Shown: one piece after another, positions 60,122-64,000 of the stretch
Layout of the letters: every line of letters starts with the position of its first letter
Numbering within the stretch: the first letter of the stretch is position 1
Assembly (NCBI GenBank): GCA_963733955.1
Contig: CAVTEW010000001.1
Span: forward strand, 745,639 to 809,638
From: an uncultured Acidobacteriota bacterium
GTDB taxonomy: Bacteria; Acidobacteriota; Thermoanaerobaculia; UBA5066; Gp7-AA6
DNA: 64,000 nt
Reading direction: 5' to 3'
Program-made: the position numbers and the translations under genes
Notes under the pieces: generated by a model
What the model was told of the DNA's origin: nothing
Databases searched by the model: none
The model's input: only the letters and a program-made list of their open reading frames with translations

Positions 60122-61437
60122 GTCAGCGAGCGCACGGCGATCGACCGCACCAGGACGTCCGGCGCCGCGCCCTGGACCGGCACGACCTGCCCGGAGCGCG
60201 CGCAGAACCCCAGCGGCCGATAGACGTGCACGTCCCGACCCAGGCCCCCCTCGACCGCCTTCAGGACGGAGAGCACGTCGCCGGCCAGGAGGCCCGGTCC
60301 GCACTCGTCGGCCATGCGGCCGCGCCGGACGCGCCGCGCTCGCGGGAACCGGAGCCGGAACCTCCCGCTGACGAGCTCGATCGAACCGCCGTCGAGGTCT
60401 TCGATCCACAATCCCGAGGCGAGTCGGCGCGCCATCTCCTCGGTCGACGTGTGGCCGGGAGCCACGACCACGTTGGAGCCGCGGGGCAGAGGGAAGTCCC
60501 CCGGTCCGGCCCGACGCGCGTGGCCGTTGGAGGCGGGCCGGGAGCCGTGCGCGCGGTCGGTCAGCTGCCCGGCCAGGCGTCCGCCGTCGAGCAGCTTCAC
60601 CGCGCGGGGCTTGGTGCCCTCGTCGTCCCGCTCGTAGCCGCCGAAGAGATCCAGGCGCAGGGGATCGTCGCGCACGTCCAGCTCCGGCACGGCCAGGCGG
60701 GCCTGCTCGAGACCCGAGAGCGGCGACTCCTGGCCGGCCTCCAGGGGATGGGACAGCACCTCGTGGAAGAAGACGGCGGCGCACCCGCCCGCGAGCACGA
60801 CGGCAGTCTCGCCGTCTCCGCAGGGCGCCGGCGCGTCACGCGGCTCCTGCGCGCGGTGAAGCGCGACCCGCAGCTCGTCGCCGGTCGATTCGGCGTCCGG
60901 GGCGTGAAAGCTGAAGGCCCGGATCTCGTCGCCCCGGCGGGAGGCCGCGGTCAGCTGGCCCTCGATCGAGACCAGGCGCCGCACCGACGTCGCCTCCGTG
61001 CCGCGCCCGGGAATGATCCGGCGCGCCGTCTCCGTCAGGGACCACCGCAGGCGATGGCGCGGCGCGAGGCGCGACAGGAGCGCGGGCAGGCGGCGGCTCC
61101 ACCGGTCCACGTCGAGCGCGGGGATCGTTTCTTCCGGGAGCGCCCGGCCGGGCTTGACCGGAAGCGGCGCCCGGCCCAGAGCCTGCTGCAGGGATCGGAT
61201 CGCCTCGCGCGCGCCGGCGTCCGAAGCGCTCGAGACGAACGCGAGGCTCTCCCGGGCCGGCGTCGAAAACCGCGCCGACAGTCCTTCCTCCTCCCGCGCC
61301 CGCGCGGCCGCGATCTCGCCGTCGACCAGCTCGGTGACGACGGACCGGCGCTTTTCCGCGAAGACGTCGGCGATCTCCTCCGGCCCCTTGACCAGGGAAT
61401 CGATCCACCCGGCGACGCGCTCGACGTCGAGGTCCAT
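60118..61437 (-). CDS. tldD: TldD-like metalloprotease
   Basis: [39 protein letters not shown]. Confidence 0.8.
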   Translation of the reverse strand: MDLDVERVAGWIDSLVKGPEEIADVFAEKRRSVVTELVDGEIAAARAREEEGLSARFSTPARESLAFVSSASDAGAREAIRSLQQALGRAPLPVKPGRALPEETIPALDVDRWSRRLPALLSRLAPRHRLRWSLTETARRIIPGRGTEATSVRRLVSIEGQLTAASRRGDEIRAFSFHAPDAESTGDELRVALHRAQEPRDAPAPCGDGETAVVLAGGCAAVFFHEVLSHPLEAGQESPLSGLEQARLAVPELDVRDDPLRLDLFGGYERDDEGTKPRAVKLLDGGRLAGQLTDRAHGSRPASNGHARRAGPGDFPLPRGSNVVVAPGHTSTEEMARRLASGLWIEDLDGGSIELVSGRFRLRFPRARRVRRGRMADECGPGLLAGDVLSVLKAVEGGLGRDVHVYRPLGFCARSGQVVPVQGAAPDVLVRSIAVRSLT

Positions 61438-61544
61438 GAGACCGCGATTATCTCCTCAGGCGCCCGGCGGCGGCTGTCGGACGCCGGTGCGAGGCGCCCG
61501 GCGTGGGGCGCGACGGCCAGGATCTCCTGTATTACCATCTCGAC

Positions 61545-61823
61545 ATGAGCCTCGCCGATCGGAAGAAGGAATTCATCGCCCTGCGCACGGCCCGAGGCCT
61601 GGCCGCGCGCAAGCTCTTCGAGGAACGCGCGCCGGGAGCCATGCGGGAGAGCGTGCTCGCGGCGCTGGCCGACGAAACCGAGAAGGAGCGGGCCCTGGAC
61701 GACGAAGCCCGCCGGATGATGGAAGCCGCCCGCAACGAGATCGCCTCGGGCCAGGTGGACGGCCAGGAGCTCTTTCGCCGCATTCGACGCAAGCTCGCCG
61801 AGCAGCGGGGCATCGTCCTCTAG
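61545..61823 (+). CDS. DUF507-like small protein
   Basis: [12 protein letters not shown]...[17 protein letters not shown]. Confidence 0.65.
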   Translation: MSLADRKKEFIALRTARGLAARKLFEERAPGAMRESVLAALADETEKERALDDEARRMMEAARNEIASGQVDGQELFRRIRRKLAEQRGIVL

Positions 61824-61912
61824 GAATCGGGGATGATCGGAACATCGGTTCGTCGGATCGGTCCGGGCTCTCCGATCACCCGATCACCCGATCGCCCGAT
61901 CGCCCGATCGCA
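61824..61912. repeat. Inverted 8-nt tandem-repeat pair (nnnATCGG)n ... (CCGATCRC)n filling the stop-to-ATG gap
   Basis: atcggggatgatcggaacatcggttcgtcggatcgg then ccgatcacccgatcacccgatcgcccgatcgcccgatcgca-ATG. Confidence 0.8.
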
Positions 61913-63457
61913 ATGACGCTCGACAAGAAGATCGCCGAACTGGAGGCGCTGCGGGAACGCCGCCTGGAAGGGGGCGGTCCGGAGCGGATCGAGCGGCAGC
62001 ACGCCGAGGGCAAGCTCACCGCGCACGAGCGCGTCGAGCTGCTCCTCGACCCGGGCTCCTTCTTCGAGCTCGATCCCTTCGTCAGTCATCGGTGCCGCGA
62101 TTTCGGCATGGAGAAGACCCAGGCCCCCGGGGACGGCGTCGTGTGCGGAGCCGGCCGGATCGACGGACGCGCCGCCTACGTGTTCGCCCAGGACTTCACC
62201 GTGTTCGGCGGCTCGCTCTCGGAATCCAACGCCGACAAGATCTGCAAGGTGATGGACCTGGCGGTCCAGGACGGCGCTCCCATCATCGGATTGAACGACT
62301 CGGGCGGAGCGCGCATCCAGGAGGGCGTCGTCTCCCTGGCCGGCTACTCCAAGGTGTTTCTGCGCAACACGCGCGCCTCCGGCGTCGTCCCCCAGATTTC
62401 CGCGATCCTGGGACCCTGCGCGGGCGGCGCGGTCTACTCCCCGGCCATCACCGACTTCGTCTTCATGACCGAGAAGACGTCGTATCTCTTCGTCACCGGG
62501 CCGGAGGTGATCAAGACGGTGACGCACGAGGAGGTCACCAAGGAACAGCTCGGGGGCGCGCGCACCCACTCGACCGTTTCGGGCGTCGCGCACTTCGTGC
62601 GCGCCAACGACGAGGCCGTGCTGGCGGGGATCCGCGATCTGTTCTCGTACATCCCGTCCAACAACCTGGACGATCCGCCGCGCCGGGAATCGCGCGAGCC
62701 GCGGGGCGCGGCGGCGGATCTCGACGCGTTCATTCCCGAGGAGCCCAACAAGCCGTACGACATGGGCGACCTGGTCCGGCGCATCGCCGACGACTCGGTG
62801 TTCCTGGAGGTGCACGCGGGCTTCGCCCGCAACATCCTGGTCGGCTTCATCCGACTGGCCGGGCGCTCCATCGGGGTCGTGGCCAACCAGCCCCTGTACC
62901 TGGCCGGGGTCCTCGACATCGACGCGTCGGTGAAGGCGGCGCGCTTCGTGCGCTTCTGCGACGCCTTCAACGTCCCGCTCCTGGTCTTCGAGGACGTGCC
63001 CGGTTTTCTGCCCGGGACGCAGCAGGAGTACGGCGGGATCATCCGGCACGGCGCGAAGCTCCTCTTCGCTTTCGCCGAGGCGACCGTCCCGAAGGTCTCG
63101 GTCATCACCCGCAAGGCCTACGGCGGCGCCTACTGCGTCATGCTCTCCAAGGACATCGCCACGGACTTCAATTTCGCGTACCCCACCGCGGAGATCGCCG
63201 TGATGGGACCCGAGGGCGCCGTCAACATCCTGTACCGGCGCGAGCTCGCGGAGAACGCGCCGCCCGAGCGCCGCGCGGAAAAGGTCGCCGAGTACGTCGA
63301 GAACTTCGCCAACCCCTACGTCGCGGCCCAGCGCGGCTACGTCGACGAGATCATCGAGCCCTCGGAAACGCGCGCCCGCCTCATCCAGGCCTTCGGCTTC
63401 CTGGAGGGCAAGCGGGTCAGCTTGCCGGCGAAGAAGCACGGGAATATACCGCTGTGA
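61913..63457 (+). CDS. pccB: Acyl-CoA (propionyl/methylmalonyl-CoA) carboxyltransferase beta subunit
   Basis: [59 protein letters not shown]. Confidence 0.92.
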   Translation: MTLDKKIAELEALRERRLEGGGPERIERQHAEGKLTAHERVELLLDPGSFFELDPFVSHRCRDFGMEKTQAPGDGVVCGAGRIDGRAAYVFAQDFTVFGGSLSESNADKICKVMDLAVQDGAPIIGLNDSGGARIQEGVVSLAGYSKVFLRNTRASGVVPQISAILGPCAGGAVYSPAITDFVFMTEKTSYLFVTGPEVIKTVTHEEVTKEQLGGARTHSTVSGVAHFVRANDEAVLAGIRDLFSYIPSNNLDDPPRRESREPRGAAADLDAFIPEEPNKPYDMGDLVRRIADDSVFLEVHAGFARNILVGFIRLAGRSIGVVANQPLYLAGVLDIDASVKAARFVRFCDAFNVPLLVFEDVPGFLPGTQQEYGGIIRHGAKLLFAFAEATVPKVSVITRKAYGGAYCVMLSKDIATDFNFAYPTAEIAVMGPEGAVNILYRRELAENAPPERRAEKVAEYVENFANPYVAAQRGYVDEIIEPSETRARLIQAFGFLEGKRVSLPAKKHGNIPL

Positions 63458-63918
63458 CGAGACCGGAAGGCGGAAGGCGAGAGGCGAAAGGCGATGAGCC
63501 TCGACAAGCCGATCCTCTCGGCCACGAAAAGCTCGACGTTTACAAGATCTCGCGCGCACTTGCCGTCTCGCTCTTTCGCGAGGCACAGGCTTTTCCCGTC
63601 GAAGAACGCTTCGGACTGACCGCCCAGATTCGTCGTTCGGCCGTTTCAATACCTGCAAACATCGCAGAAGGTGCTGGGCGGAGATCAAAGCGAGAGTTTG
63701 TTCAGTTCCTGGGCGTTGCTCGGGGCTCCTCATCGGAGCTGCGCGTGCTCCTGGAGATTGCTCGAGAAATCGGCTATCTCAAGTTAGATCGCTGGCGAGA
63801 GCAGGAATCGATGGTGGACCGCATTTCAGCAATGATCAGTGGTCTGATTCGCGTGAACTCTCAACAGCGCTCCTCGCCTCCCGCCTTTCGCCTTCCGCCT
63901 TCCGCCTCCCGTCCATGA
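63454..63918 (+). CDS. Four-helix-bundle protein (23S rRNA IVP / TIGR02436 family)
   Basis: [51 protein letters not shown] and ATGA overlaps at its ends; lower GC than its flanks. Confidence 0.9.
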   Translation: MTRPEGGRREAKGDEPRQADPLGHEKLDVYKISRALAVSLFREAQAFPVEERFGLTAQIRRSAVSIPANIAEGAGRRSKREFVQFLGVARGSSSELRVLLEIAREIGYLKLDRWREQESMVDRISAMISGLIRVNSQQRSSPPAFRLPPSASRP

Positions 63919-64000
63919 GACTCCTCGTCGCCAACCGCGGCGAAATCGCCCTGCGGATCTTCCGGGCCTGCCGCGACCTCGGCCTCGAGACCGTGGCGGT
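63915..64000 (+). CDS. Biotin carboxylase subunit, 3'-partial
   Basis: [28 protein letters not shown]. Confidence 0.9.
   Translation, partial: MRLLVANRGEIALRIFRACRDLGLETVA

Noticed and set aside
63494-63520. ATG 63494 (MSLDKPIL) as the start of a frameshifted four-helix-bundle gene
   Set aside because: It is out of frame, and an in-frame GTG at 63454 overlapping the pccB stop gives an intact ORF. An indel at ctctc is not fully excluded.
63454-63918. Diversity-generating retroelement (Avd-like gene; pilin pair as TR/VR)
   Set aside because: No reverse transcriptase in the window, and differences between the pilins are not adenine-specific.

Overview
High-GC (~70%) bacterial DNA. Gene content suggests Acidobacteriota (Thermoanaerobaculia-like), which is an inference only. 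The first ~37 kb is a very large envelope-glycosylation cluster: Wzm/Wzt exporter, PAP2 phosphatase, a split arnB-C-A1-A2-D (L-Ara4N) operon carrying two GT87-like paralogs, two DPM1-like GT2s, several GT-C membrane enzymes, four YfhO-like paralogs and an AglB/STT3-like oligosaccharyltransferase with an altered WWD motif. It runs directly into a type IV pilus locus: sigma54/IHF-driven pilin, a second pilin copy with an in-frame TGA, pilD, a pilS-like kinase, two PilT ATPases (one HEAT-fused), pilV-W-X, a frameshifted giant pilY1 with a ~250-aa Thr-alternating insert, and pilR. After that come selA, tldD/pmbA and acyl-CoA carboxylase genes. Most notable observations: (1) the second pilin has an in-frame UGA followed 11 nt later by a SECIS-like hairpin, with selA in the same locus; (2) recurrent inverted 7-8-nt tandem-repeat pairs sit at gene junctions, and one pair encloses a four-helix-bundle (IVP/Avd-like) gene that is translationally coupled at both ends; (3) a dispersed ~165-nt repeat shows compensatory base changes; (4) the co-localised genes suggest a pilus/adhesin glycosylation system.
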